Below are positions 11,601-26,600 of a stretch of DNA of 64,000 bases, in pieces; position 1 is the stretch's first letter; every line of letters begins with the position of its first letter. Source of the stretch: Callorhinchus milii (taxonomy: Eukaryota); NCBI RefSeq assembly GCF_018977255.1, contig NW_024704742.1:76696001-76760000 (forward strand), given 5' to 3'. The translations under genes and the position numbers were made by a program. The notes beneath the pieces were generated by a model. The model saw nothing but the letters and a program-made list of their open reading frames with translations, ran no database searches and had not been told where the DNA came from.

Positions 11601-14600
11601 GCAGCACAAGACTAATTAATAGTTCCCCACATCCTGTCACCTCACTGAAACACTGAAACCCTCCATCCCCACCTGTACCCCACCTGCCCCAATGTAATTT
11701 TGTTGTTGTTAGGTTTTTTTCTCACACGGTTAGAATAAAATTCATTTTCACATAAATATAAAAATAATCCTTGCATTTGATATAGCGCTTTTCACGTCTT
11801 CTAGACGTCTCAAAGCGCTTCACAGAATATGCTGTAAAGTGAATTGACTGTATATTTGGGGGCGAAACATGGCAGCCAATTGCCTACAGCAGTGTCCCAC
11901 AAACAGTCGTGGATTGAGTGACCAAATTGTTATTTATTTATTTCTTTGAGGGATTAATATCAGGCAAGTGGAGTAAAGAAACCTACTCCCAAGGTTTGGC
12001 CCTGGCAAGAATCAAACCCAGGTCTCTCGCTTGCGAGGCGAGTGCTGTAACCACTGAGCTACAGGACTCCATCTGCTTGAGTTAGTGGCTATTTATTGCA
12101 GCAAGTATTTCTTTAAACATGTGTAATAACCAGCTGGAATGAGTTACAACAACAACAAAATTACATTTATAGAGCGCCTTTCACGTCGGGAGGACGTCCT
12201 AAAGCACTGAACAGTCAGGGGTCGGGGCCTGAGCATGGAGGAGGGGTGGTGTAGGGATAAGGGAAGGCAAAGAGGTGGGAGGGAGACCAAAGGCACGGTT
12301 GAAGAGAAAGCTCTTGAGACCGACCTTGAAGGAGGCAAGAGAGGAAGCGATGAGAAAGGACCATGGGATGGAGTTCCAGAGTGTGGGGGCAGAGAGGCTG
12401 AAAGCCCGGCCACCGATGGTAGAGCGGCTTGGGCGGGAATCTTGGAGCAGATCGGAGCCCGATGAACGGAGGGAGCGGGCAGGTTGGTAGAGAGTCAGCA
12501 GGTTAGAGAGAAAGAAGGATGATGGAGGCCAAGATCCCGAATCATTTCAGAAGCAACTTTTGCTATAATGCGGGTGATTATTCTGGGGAAAGAGCTTCTT
12601 CATCTGTACCTCTTGTGAATATTCCTTTTGCAGTGCAATCCTGGAGTTGTGACGTGCATGGACAATCGGACGCATGGGTTGGAAACAGGACAGTTTGTGA
12701 CTTTTCGGGAAATCAATGGGATGTCAGAGTTGAACAGGACTGCGCGGCAAATAACAGGTAAGATGTTCCATTTATACAATTATTTGCAAAGTGGCTTTAC
12801 TGGAAGCCTATTCCTGCAATACAAATACAAAAGAGACCCTCTGAGTCAGAAGGTGGTAGGTTGAAGCCAGTCGTCAAATCTTTGATCTCACAGTACTGCG
12901 GAACCAAACAAAATTTTCATTCAGAATGTAACAAGAGTTCCTGTGAAACTCTGTTTGCTTTGGTTCTCTTCAACATGGTGATGAAATTACACACATGTGA
13001 CACCTGGCTCACTTATTTTTTTAAAAAAGCTAACAGTGGAGTGCTAGTGATTTGCTGCACTGTTGAAAGTGCTGTTCTTTAGATGAGATGTTAAACCAAA
13101 GTCCCATCTGCCTGTTCAGGTGGATTTCAAAAGGTCTCTGGACAGAGAAGAGAGTTTTTCCTGGTGTCCTGACTAACAAACCCCAAGTAAAATTGATCAT
13201 TAGCTTCAGGGCTGTTTGCGGGAAATTGTTGTGTGTTAATTGGCTTTGTTGTGCATATGCAAAGCAGGAAGTAACTTTGGTATCAACCTTTTGTCCTGGT
13301 GGAGAGAGTACGCTTTCCATTCCAGACCCAGGGAAATTTCCATGTGTAGGTGCCATAAATGTGTGGAATCTGTCTGCTTTGGTTCTCTTGAGTGTGAAAT
13401 GATGGATTTACACATGTGTCAGACACCCGGCTAACGTGAAAAAAACTACTCCAAAAATCCATATTCTCTAACTCACTTTTTTTTATATAAAAGCTGCAGA
13501 ACCATAAAAAATCGCTATATAACAGATGGATATTTCAGAGGTTCTCAAACTATAGGGCGTTCACCAAGGGGAGGCGCCAATTGTATGCCTCCCAACAGTC
13601 CTGGGTTTCAGGACTGGCTCCATGTCCCAGCAAAGCCACTTTCCTGACAACCAAATCCACAACGACAATTCCTGCTGCAACAATCCCCGTGACAACTTTG
13701 TTGGGCGGGTAGACATCCAGACTGATTGACACGGGTGTAGAACATTACTAGGCTCCGGTCTGAATCAGGCCACCAATCGGAGTGCAAGGAGGGAGGTGGA
13801 CTGCTTTATGAAATACAATTAGTGCTTTTGACACTCGTGCTCTTATTATAACTATATTTATCAAACCCTTTTACTTTATTATTGCAAAGTATAGGATTTT
13901 CAGTTCTTTGTGTTGTTTTAATAAACTATGGGGGCGCAATTTTTTTCTTCTTAGCTTATGTTCTTCTTAGTTCACTGTGACAAAGTTTGAGAATCCTGGG
14001 AAATTTGACCAATCAAATCTTTGCTGGTGAAAGAACCGACAGTTGTTATCCAAGTTCGATGTGTACTCCCCTGCACTATGGGGCCAAATGCTTTACAAGG
14101 TTTGCATCAAATCAGTTTAGGAGTGCCGTGTAGCCTCCACATTGCTGTGTGCTGCCTGCCACGAATAAAAACAATAGCTATTCATATAAGCACCTGTTAA
14201 CCTGTCATTATATTTTCATTTACAGACAGAAACAGAATGCAGTGGTTGGGAGTTCTGGGTTATTTATCTCTTTGAATAATTGTACAATTGAACAATGAAT
14301 TTGTTCATTCATTGAGACCATTATAGAACTCCATGCACAGTTCTGTTACTCCTCCTTATCTGAGTATTCACACACCCAAGTCCTTAGTTGTATGCTGGAG
14401 CCAGTGAATCGTTTCAATAGGATAAAATAGGCAATGTTTCTGTGCCTTAGAATTTTATCAAAGTTTAACTGTTCTGCTCAACATAATTTTTCAGTAACAT
14501 CAGTGCTATGTTTCTTTTCAGTTGTGTCCCCATATTCTTTTAGTATTGGAGATACATCAAACTATAAACCATATTTACATGGAGGAATTTCTTTGCAGTT

Positions 14601-17600
14601 GAAAATATCCAAAAAGTTTACTTTTGTAAGTATTTGATTATGTCTGGTACAATACATGCACCATAAAACACAATATTGGGGGTACCTCTAATGCAAGTCT
14701 TGTGTCTTGGAGGAAACCTATGGCATTTCTATAACTCCTCTTTCTATCTGGGCTATTATACACCCAAGTACAGGGAAGACCTGTTATAATATTGAAGTTC
14801 ATCAAATCCAAATCAGCACTATAACATGTTGTGAGTCACTGCACCTGACTAAAACTGTCCACACACCAGCCAGTTGTGCATGCTAATAACATAGACAACT
14901 GCATTCACAACAAAATACAGTTATTACACTTTACAATAATTCCATTGAAGTGCTTTGAGATATTTTGACATTGATAAGAACAGTTGCAAGGATTATTATT
15001 TTTATCGTCTCCATTCAACATCCCTTCTGTATGCTGCACACAAGAAGTGATGTCTGTGTTTCCCTATGGGTGCGTGTTTTGATGTGCCTCTAACGTGGTG
15101 AATGATCACGGTTATAGGGGGAAATGTGGATTTTATGGACCGTAACTGCCGTGTTATAATGCACAGTACTGAATTTATTATGTTTTTCTTTTTGTTTTCA
15201 AATATTATAAGAGTATCACGTGAACTATGTGCCGCCTTAATCCAAATCTCTATTGTGAATGTTTCTGATTGTCTCACTTTGTCTTTGTGGCTAAATTTAC
15301 ATGATTTACCCCACTTAGGAAAATATGGAGACACAACTTTTGGATCCTCAATGCTTGATAGTAGACTTCAGCAAACCTGAGGTGAGATTTCCTGGTTTCA
15401 TTGCGGTGACGACAGTTCAAAGAATTAAATTAGAAATATATTTTTCTTAGCCATCTGCTGTTTGGCAAAACAAATTTGTCTAAACAAGTAAAAATGTCTT
15501 CTCAGAAGATGAATTTAATGCCGCTTTCAAAGAGCTGCAGCTTTAATACAGCACTTCAATGACTTGGCTGAAAACACAATTCACAATTAATTATTGGAGC
15601 TTACTAAACTTATATTCTCAGAATAATTTTCTACAAAGCCTGCAATGACAGCGTCTTTAAATTGAAAGAAACATCTTGAAGTTTGTTTCAGAATTAAGTG
15701 AGTTAGAAATTATGTGCGAAGTGAATATGTAGGAAAACATGGCATGTAATTTGCACCAATGACATTGTAGAAATAGTAGTGAGATGAGTTGCCAATGAAT
15801 TTGAATTATACTTTATAAATTATATTTTATAAGAATAAGAATATTCCTTATATTTGATATAGCGCCTTTCACATTGGGAGGGCACTTTCCGCAAAAAAAA
15901 TTTGGTAAAATGGAGTGACTTTTGTGGGCAAGCTACATTTGATATTAATCGCTTACACTAGGTAAAGCTACACAGGCAAGAAGGTTGCAGGTTTGAATTC
16001 AAGTCTGTGCTGAATTAGCTCATGACAGCAAGGATGACAGCAAGGATGAAAGTTGGAGCTCTACATTGGCCTTGGCCCCTGGGTGATGGTGGATGTTAAA
16101 CTGTATCCCAGCAAAATCAGTGCCTTCAGAAGACAAATCAATAACAAAAGTAAATACAATATAGCATCTTTAACATCAAGAAGACAGAAATCTCAAAGCA
16201 CTTTGCACAGTTTGCTGGATACCGAAGCTGGGAGATAACCAAAAGCACAATTAAGAATTAAGTCTTCAGTCAAGCTTTCAAAGTGGGATGGGAGAGGCTG
16301 AGTCGGATGGATTCCAGGATGGAGTTCCAGAGAGTGGGGGCAGAATGGCAAAACGTTCCCCTGTCAAAGGTCGATCATTAAACAGACCAATTATTATTTC
16401 GGACAGAGGCTCCAACTGTTGTTAGCTGAAAATGTCAGCTTTACTAGTTACCTTGCAGGTTCATTTTGGAAAGTTGGAAAAACATAAGGCAGCAGGTCAA
16501 TGTTCTTTCTGGTCTGTGCGATAAGGGCTAAATGTGTCATATTACCAGAGGTTACCATGGACACTGCTGTGTGCGTCACTTAATCAGTGAGAAAAATGAG
16601 GGAAATAAGAAGCTGGAGCTATGTTATCCTGTCTGAACCGTGAAAGGTCAGTTCAAGTGTACCTTCACCTTCAAAGCCTGTGTGCAGAGGAACATGTGTC
16701 CCTGAGAGTTTTCTAGACTCTCTCTGATTATTAACATTGGTTTGAAAACAATCAAGCACTCAGATTCTGAACATTGCAAAAATACAATGTGCAAAAAAAT
16801 ACCTCTGGAGATGCTTGGAGTCACGCAGAGTTTTCTTTTCAGTTAGTTTGTGTCACAGAGCATCTGCAGCTTTTGAGATGTCAGATGTTCTTGATTTGTT
16901 TTCAGTCTTTGAGCATAAATTTGAGTATTTCATCCACAAAATATACAGTCAATTCACTTTACAGTATATTCTGTGAAGTGCTTTGAGATGTCTCGAAGAC
17001 GTAATAAGGCCAAATGCAAAGATTATTATTATAAATGATAGAGAAGGAAAAGTAGATGTTTACCCACACATAAATGCATCTTGTGGCACGAACTGCAAGG
17101 ATTATTATATTATTATTTAGGAAAGCAAAGTGCACCTAGTATGGTGACTATGGAATGAAATGCCCTTGGAAGGCACGTTATTTCAGAAAATTCAAGAGGG
17201 AGTTAAATACCTAAGTTATTTATGAAGAAATCTGTTGAGGTGCTCAAAACCTGATAAGCTTGAATGAAAGTTGTTACCACCTGGGGCTTTTTAGCCAGGT
17301 ATTAATGCTATCTTTATTCAGAAGTCGGGGGTGGCATGGAAATTTCAAATAATGGATGTTGTGAAGAATGGTCTTCATCTTCAACATTCTGGAAAGCCAA
17401 CCATTGATGTCTAATATGTGGTGATTCATAACTGGATTCCTTAGAGGAACCCAAAGTACTCACAAAAACTTCACATGATAGAATCCACTTTTGGGGCAGA
17501 GTTTCCACTTAATCAGTGCTTCTGGTTACCCACTGATTCCTTATTAGTAGGGATCCCGCTGAAAATCATCATATGTTAGTTATTTTAATCCCGTTTAGAA

Positions 17601-20600
17601 TACTGGGGCTGTTTGGTAGTAACTGCTATATTCAACATGTGATCTTAAGCAACATTTTTGCAGCTGGAGAATGGAATGAAGATATCATGCTTAATAATAA
17701 TAATCCTTACATTTGATACAGCGCCTTATCACGTCCTCGTGATGTCTCAAAGCCTTTCACAGAATATACTGTGAATTGAATTAACGCAGCAGCCAATTGT
17801 GCACATCAGTGTCCCACAAACAGTCGCAGATTGAATGATCAAATTATTTAATTTTTTATACGGGATTATTACCCCCAGGGAGACAACTGTGTTCCTACTT
17901 GCTAGGTAAAAGGAGGCGTGTGGAGTAAGAAAGTTGCCTAGGATTTCGCCCTGTCCAGGATTCAAACCCAGATCCTCTCGCTTGCAAGACGAGTACTCTA
18001 ATCTCTAAGCTACAGGGATCCACTCCGGACTGTAAAATAGTAGATTGCTCATTTTATGGCCATTTTGAGGACATTGATGTGCACAAATTGTGCACATTCA
18101 CCTAAAAAATACCCAGTCAGTTGATTTCACAGTATAATTTTATGTTTTGAGACTTCTCGACATAGTAATGAAGCACTATATCAAACGCAACGATTAATAT
18201 TATGATTATTGTGCATCTAAAGTTCCAGATTGTTTTACATTCCTACGGTTACAGTCTGTCCAATACAGATTTTTCTCTCTCAGGCAATCAGTCATGTATT
18301 TGTTGATTCATTTTTTTTTTAACAGGCGCCGTTGCAGATTCACACAGCTATGCTGGCCTTGGATATGTTTCAGGAGCAGCACAAGCGCCTGCCAAATATA
18401 GGGTAACTGTCTGGGTTTGATTCATGTTACGTGGGATCAAAGATGAGTCTAGCCATTGTGGAGGACGGTTAATAGTGGCATTAGATTCATTTGGATTACA
18501 GATTATTTTAAATGGTTGTGGAAAAGAACATAATGCCACTGTTAGTACACAATTAGAATATCAGTTTGTGGAATGGGTTTCTCCTGCTGTCCTGGGCAAC
18601 AATTATCAGATTAATTGGTCTTTTACTTTTGGCATCCGCAATTTTTTCACTGAATCTGCAAAAATAACCCTCCATCACTGCGAAATCAAACACCTCCCCG
18701 CCCCGCTCCGAAAACCTGTACAAGTGAAGTTTGGTTGAAGCGCAGAATTTGCTTTTGTGCGTATGTGTCTGCGTAGGGGTGCATGTGTGTTGAGAGACAG
18801 AAACATTGGATGAGGGCATGATTTAGGTTGAGATGCTCTTGGACTCTTATTACTCTGTTGATTCTTAGTCATAAGATCTGTACTCCAACCTGAAGGATTA
18901 AAAGGGGTAATGATGGGCCATATTGCTCCTTCCACTCAACGGGCTCTGGTCTGCTTCACATCCCCCAACCAACCTGCCCCATCATTCGCAATCAGGCCTT
19001 CAGCCTCTCTGCCCCCACGCTCTGGAACTCCATCCCACAGTCCCTTCGCCTCGCTCCTTCCTTTGCTTCAAGGCATGTCTCAAGACCTTCCTCTTCGACT
19101 GCGCCTTCGGTCACCCTTCTACCCTTCCTGCCCTCCACCCTCCCTATCCCATTCCTCTGCTTGGGTCCAAATCCCTGACTGTCCAGCACCTTGGGACATC
19201 CTCCCAACACGAAAGGAGTTGTACAAATGTAATTTGTTGTTGCTGATTAACCCTCTGCAACAAACCAACACAAATTGTTTGCTATAGATGCAGAATAATG
19301 CTATTGTCAGACTTGCCAGCTCCTTCAGATGAGACATTAAACCTTCAGCCTGTTCAGATGGATGTTAAAGATCCCATGGTACTGTTTGAAAGTGAAAAGA
19401 GTTTTTCCCAGTGTCCTGGCCAATGATTCCCCACCCCCAAAAATTGGTGACTCACTTCATGGCTGTTTGTAGGACATTCATTTGGGAAAAATTGGCTGCT
19501 GCATTCACCTAAACAATACACAGTCACTCCCCTTCACAGTAAAAGCTGTGATGTGCTTTACGACATAATAAGGCAATGTATTATATGCAAGGATGATTAT
19601 TATTATCATTTGCTGTGCGGAACTACAAGTACAGAGCTAAGCAGGGGAGGTCAGAATCAGGCTAATCTGACATCTTGCTTTTCCCATAGGAATCCAAACT
19701 AGACATCGATAGCAAGAAATCTATAAAAGCTGTTATTAAATGCTTGCCAAAGAGCTGTTCCTAAAATTTGTGCAAAAATGTGCAGAGCAGCATCATTGAT
19801 CACTCGAGACGATACGGATGAGAGCAGCTGAATAGTTGCTAAACATTACCTAATAGTAGGAAAATCTGAGAGGAAAAAGCAAAGATTTTGGAATATTTGT
19901 GGGAACAGCGGTCATTTAATGGATAATTATTAATAATAATGTAAAGGATATTAATAATAACCCTTGCATTTGATATACTGCTTTATCACATCGTTGAGAC
20001 GTCTCAAAGAGCTTCCCAGAAAAGTGTGTATTTTATGGGCAAAATGCGGCAGGCAATTGCACACAGCAATGTCTCACAAACAGTCGTGGATGGACTGACC
20101 AATTTTTTAAAATATTATTTTAAGGAAATAATATTAAAGGTTATGCAGAAAGAGCAGCAGAATAGGATTGGAAGCTTCAGGATCTTGGGGGGGGCGGAAG
20201 CTAGCATTGGGACAAGCATAATGGGCCTTCATTTGTGCTGTAGACTTTCTATGATTTGAATCACTTTCACAACCGGTTTCAAACAAACTTCCGTTAGCTG
20301 ATTATTTTCAGCTATGGTAAATTCTGTTTCGCTACAGGCAAAATGTCAGTAACCAGAGATTCATCATACAGCATATGGTGAAGTCAATCCAACATATATT
20401 ATAAAAAGTCCCTAAGTATTATCTCCAGGTATTCTCTCTGCACAGAGGCCGAAAGCAAAGAGGGGATTTCACTTAGAATAGATTTTAAAGCTGAGATTTA
20501 TTCAGTTTAATTTTGTTGTCACTTTGTCTCTTCTAATGGCTTTTCCTCTGACCTACTCACAGTCACGTGCAGTGTTCCTCAGCGCTCTATCTAGGCTTCT

Positions 20601-23600
20601 CTCTATTTCCTCACCTATATGCTCTCCCTCTATTACATTGTCCACAGGCATGAAACAACATCTTATATAGCGTCCGCCGTTCAGGGCAGCGTCTCAGAGG
20701 GTTTAACAGTGCTGGAGCCTGACTCTGAGCCGGGGGTGGGGGTTGAGATGACCGTAAGCACGCTTGAAAAGGAAGGTTTTCAGCTGGGATTTGGAAAAGG
20801 GGAGAGAAGGGGCAAGACGGAGGGATTGAGGGAGAGTGTTCCAGAGTTTCGGGGCATAGTGGCTGAAAGCATAGTGGCGACCTCCGGTGATGGAGCACAG
20901 AGTGCGAGTGATAAGCAGGAGGCTGGTGCTAGTCGAGCGGAGGCGCCAGATGGCGGATTGGGAAGTGAGGAGGTCGGAGAGATAGGGAGGTGCCAGGGAG
21001 TGAATGGATTTGAACACGAGTAGGAGGAAGTTGATCCATTCGGTGATCGGGAGCCAGTGGAGCTTGGCCTGAACTGAGGTACGGTTGGAGGCGGACAATG
21101 TAGCGGAGGTGGAGGAAGGCGGTCCTGGTTAGGGACTGGATGTGGGGGAGGAAGGACAGCTGAGGATCGAACCGGATGCCTAGATTGCCCACTGATTTGG
21201 TGAGTGTGAAGAAGAGCCTAGGGAGGTTGAGGAGTTAAGATCCACAGGAGTGAAGACGTTGACGGGAGCCAAGGAGTATGGCTTCCATCTTGTCCACATT
21301 CAGCTGCAGGAAGTTTACACTTATCCAGGCCCTGATGTCTGCCAGACATGCTGATAGAAAATTGGCGGACCTGGAGTTGGTACTGGAGGAGGCAAAGTAG
21401 ATTTGTGTGTCATGCGCAAACATGTGGAAGTTTACCCCGTGTCTGCAGATGACATCACCCAGAGGGAACCTAGAGATGAGGAAAAGAAGAGGGCCAAGGA
21501 TGGAGCCCTGGGGTATCCCGCAGGTGACTTGGCGAGAGTGGGATGAGAAACCATTTGCTGAGATGAAGTGGAGGCGGTTGGTTAAGTAGGACTCGAACCA
21601 GGCGAGTGCAGTTCCTCTCAGATGGATGAGGGAGGACTGTAACGAGGAAGGGTAGGTTGGAAATGGCACTGTAGTGTGAGAGATTAGAGAGGTCGAGGGT
21701 GGATTTTTTTGAGGAGGGGTGATAACAATCCCTCAAAAAAAATGAATGAATTGGTCTCATCAATCTACGACTGTTTGTGGGACACTGCTGTGCGATTTGG
21801 CAGTCGCGTTTCAGCCCGCAATTATACAGTCAATTCACTTTACAGTCTATTCTGTGAAGCGCTTTGAGATGTCTAGAAGACGTGAAAAGCCTATATCAAA
21901 TAAAAGGATTATTACTGTTATTATTTATTATAACAGCGTTTTTCAGGGGGAGTGGAACAGAGCCTGAGGAGAGAGACAAGTTGGCCGTGTTGCCTCAGCA
22001 GGGGTGAGAGGAGGGGGAGTTGAGCGACCAGCCTGGGTGGGGAGGGTGGTGAAGGTGGTGATTGATTGAGAGGGAGGAGGGAGAAATGGGGGCAAAGGAG
22101 TGTAAAGAAGGAGGAGTGGCAGGAGCCGTGGCAGAGGGAGAAGGCGGTGTGGATGGGTGGGATGGAAAGGAACATGGGAGGACGATTCAGCCAAGTGGAT
22201 GTTTTCAATCTTTGAGGCGAAGCAGTCTAGGACCTCTTCGTACTTGGCATTTGATGTGAGGATAGAGGGAGCTTGAGCAGGTGCACAGAAGAAGTGATGA
22301 ATGGTGGAAAACATCAAGTCTTGGATGAGCATTAACTTTCTCCCAAGTAAGCGTCAACAAAACCGAGGCTCTCCAGCTCAGCTAGCGCTACAGCCAACGT
22401 TACCAACACTTCAGCTCGAAGCCACTACAGAATTTCGGCATTTTGTTTGACCCTCAACTCTCCTTTAAGGCTTTCATCCAATCCCTGAACAAGTCTACCG
22501 TCCTCCCACCTCCGCACCATCTCCCGCCTCCTCCACTATCTTAGCCCCACGCAGCTGAAACCCTCATCCATGCCTTTGACACCTCCAGACTTGCATCTTG
22601 GGGTCTCCCGAACTTTACCCTCCACGGGGTTCAGATCATCCAAAACTCCACAATCGTCCACCATTCTCTCCCGCACTAAGCTCCACAAACCTATCGTGCC
22701 CATCTTGGAGTCCATAGCGTAGTGGCTAACATGCTTGCCTCGCAAGTGAGAGAACCCAGGTTCGATTCCCGGCTGGACGAAACCTTTGGCAAGTTTCCTT
22801 ACTCCACACACCTCTGTTTACCTAGCAGTAAATAGGAACCTGTTTGCTTGTCAATTGGCGTATGGCTTTTCCCCCTGCTCTCTGGAGGTCTCCACCAAAA
22901 TCTCTCCACCGTGTTCCCTCCATCTTCTTTCAAAACCCATCTAAAAACCTATTTCTTTGACTGTGCTTTGATCCACCTTGCTCTCACCCTCTATCTTTTA
23001 CGTGAAAGCCATGATATAAGAGGAAATTATTGTTGTTGTGAGTGCCATTTTAGAGATGTTTTGTAGTCAGAGAAGCAGAGTGCTATTGTTTAGTTTCAGC
23101 TGGAATCACGATTTAAAATTATTGTCACTCATACAATTTTCTTTTCTTGGCTGTTATTGAGTTTGTACCTTACAATTGTGTCTGAGTGCTGTTAGGAATA
23201 AATTTACCAAAATAGCAGATTTTGAGCTGAGANTTTTTTTGCAACAGGTGCCTCCAGGATGCAGATGAGCTGGTGAAACTGGCATTCACTGTAAATGAAA
23301 CTATGAAAAATAAGGTGAGTGAAACACTTTGACAACAAACAGCAGCTTAAAATGTTACACTGACTTTCTTCGCTGGAAGCGTAGAAAGTCAGGGTAACAT
23401 GGTAAGTTGCAGTTGTTGAAACCATATCCTTAACACCCTCAAAAGTCACCTGTGCCAGCCATTTACAATACCTGTTTGTTCAGCACCAGACTGTTGGTTC
23501 CTTGCCACTTAGCCAAAATTATCAAGTTTTAAAAAAACGCACACTGGAACTCCACCAAACTCTCCAGTTCCCATCTCATCTCAAACCTCCCCTTCCTCTC

Positions 23601-26600
23601 CAAGGTGCTGAACTGGTTGTTGCTTCCCAGCTACATCTCCCATCATTCCCTGGATGAGTCCAAACAATCTGACTTCTGTTCCCTGATGCCTACAGTACGA
23701 AGTAACCTTGGTCAAAGTCATAAATGACTTCCTCTTTGTCTATGACCAGAGCTCCCTATACCTACTTCCCCTTCTCAACCTTTCCACCAACTTTGATACT
23801 GTTGGTTACTCCAGGCTTGCCCACCATTTCTCCTCTGTGGTTCTGCACTTTCCTGGTTCCAATGTCCCAGCGTTTCACTGTGTCTCTAACAGCTTCTCCT
23901 CCTCCATTGTGTTCCTCAGGGATCTACTTTGGTTATCCCCGCTTCCTGTTTTCCCCATTACATATTCTGATGGCATGGAGTCCACTTCCATATATACCTG
24001 GAACGTCCAACTCCACCTTTGTGCTTCGACCCATGAGTCCAGCTACTCAGACAGATTATGAGTTACTATTTGTGAATCTGGTTGTAAACCTCCATTCCTG
24101 TTGAGTAAAGTGCCTTTTGGACATGTGGCAAAACAATTTGTAGAAGTGAGCATTGTCAGTCTGGATCAGTTGGAAGAACTCTCCTCTGAGTCAGAAAACT
24201 GTGGGTTCAAACCCCACATTGGAACTGAAACAGTCAAGGCTGACGCTCCAATGCAGTGCTGAGCGTATTGCAATGTGGACTTGCCATCCTTTAGATGAGA
24301 TGTTAAACCAAGGTCCCGTCTGCATTTTCAGGTGGATGATAACAATTCCATAACTTAATTTAAAAGGACAAGAGAGTTTCCTCCGGTGTCCTGGCCAATA
24401 ATCCCCAGATAAAATTGCTCATTCACTACATAGCTGTTTATGGGACATTGCTTTGTGCAAATTAGCTGCAGCATTCCAAACTATCCAGAACTCTGCAGCT
24501 AATGTCCTCTCCTGCACTGAGCTCTGTAAGCCTCTTCTCCGCTGGTTCCCCTTCCTCCAGCAAATTGAAATCACGATCCCCTTTCTCACCTTTAAATCCC
24601 TCCATGGTCTCACCTCAACCTATCTCTGTAACTTACTTGAACCATACTGATCCAGCTACTCCCTTCAGTCAGCAAACACTGGACTACTTCATATCAGTGG
24701 GCAGGCTTTCAGCTATTCTGCCCCTACTCTGAATTATATCCCATAGTCCATCCAACTCACTTCCAGCCTCACCTCATTCAAAGTTCGTCTCTTTCTTTCA
24801 TACTTTCGTCATCTTTCCGCTCCCATCCCCTGCAGTTTCCATTCCCAGCCAGAAGTGCCAGCCAGCAGTGTTAAGCACTTTGAGACATCCTCCCACTGTG
24901 AAGGACCTTGTATAAATGTAAATTGTATTATATAACATTCATCCAAAAAATACACAGTCACTAGACTTTACAGTGAATCCTGTGAAGCACTTTGAGACGA
25001 CCTCCCAACATGAAACATGCTAAATTACGCTTTCATTACATCCCGGCTTGACTCCGCCAACTGCCTACTCACTGGACTTCCCAACTCTTCCCTCCACAAG
25101 CTGCAGATTATTCAGAACTCTGCAGCTCGTGTCCTCTCCTGCACCAGGCTCCGGGAACCTATCACCCCCGTTCTTGCCCAGCTTCTCTGGCTCCCCATTG
25201 CTCAGAGAATCGAGTACAAAACCCTCGTTCTTGCCTTCAAGGCCCTCCACAGTCTTGCACCCCCCTACCTCTCCGACTTTATAACCCCACATCAGCCTTT
25301 CCGTTCCCTCCGCTCGGTGGACAGCAGCCTGCTGCAGGTCCCCCGCACTTCTCGCCCCACCATTGGTGCTCGGGCATTCAGCATCTCTGCCACACACTCT
25401 GGAACTCTATCCTGCAATTCCTCCACCTCACCCCCTTTCTTGCCTCCTCCAAGTCCCTTCTAAGGACTTCCCTCTTCGATCATGCCTTCAGCTACTCTCC
25501 CATCCCCAACCCACTGCCCTACATCCCTCTTGACCCTAACTCCCAGCTCGGGCCCAAAACCCCTGATAGTCCAGGGTCCTGTGACGTCTTTCCGACTTGA
25601 AGTGCTCTGTACAAGTGGAATTTGTTGTTGTTGTATATCAAACACAACGATTATTATTAAGATTTAAAAGAAATCTTGCTGAAATCAAAACTGAAATATT
25701 GCCCAAGCTTTCGATGGCATTGCGTTCACTGAGTCCATGTGAATATGACATTTAACCTGTACATATTTGTTTGTGTTTCAGGGGGATGTTAACGAAGAGC
25801 TTATTAAGTGTCTTTCACGGACAGCAAAGGGATTCCTGACGCCTCTTGCTGCTGCCTTTGGGGGAATTACAAGCCAGGAAGTCCTGAAAGCATTGACAGG
25901 CAAATTTTCCCCTCTTCAACAATGGGTATGTTTTATTGCACAAGTTTGATCTAAAACATTTGACAGCATTTGACCAGTCACTGGTTTATAGGAATTTGCT
26001 TTGTTTTAGCTGTATTTTGATGTGATGGAGATTCCTAAGGCTCTTGAAGATATCAGCAGTGATGAGTTCCAACCAAGGTAAGCAGAAAATGTTGATCTTG
26101 CAAAACAATTTTTTTAATAATTTCTAACTATATAAGAAAAATTTTAATTAAAATAAAGCAGAGCAGCAGTCCATTGATATGTCTTTAACCTCCATCTCTA
26201 ACCTCATCTCTAACCTCCCATTCCTCTCCAAGGTCCTGGAATGAGTCGTTGGGTCCCAGCTCCGCTCCTTTCTTTCTCGCCATTCCCTTTTTGAACCCCT
26301 CCAATCCGGCTTCTGTGCTGCCCACAGCACGGAAACAGCCCTGGTCAAAGTCACTAATGACATTCTGAACATCTGTGATCAGGGCTCCCTCTGCCTCCTT
26401 GTCCTCCTCGACCTCTCTGCCGTTTTCGACACTGTCGACCACTCCATCCTCATACACCGCCTCTCCGCTTTACTCAATCTTCACGGACCTGCCCTTGCCT
26501 GGTTCGATTACTGTCTCTCTCACCGTCTCCATTTTGTTGCCTCTAACGGTATCTCATCCAGCCCCCGCACTGTCATGTCTGGCGTCCCCCAGGGCTCTGT

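Noticed and set aside
23233..23233. Single N in the pyrimidine tract before exon 10
   Set aside because: Assembly ambiguity next to a T-run; not biological
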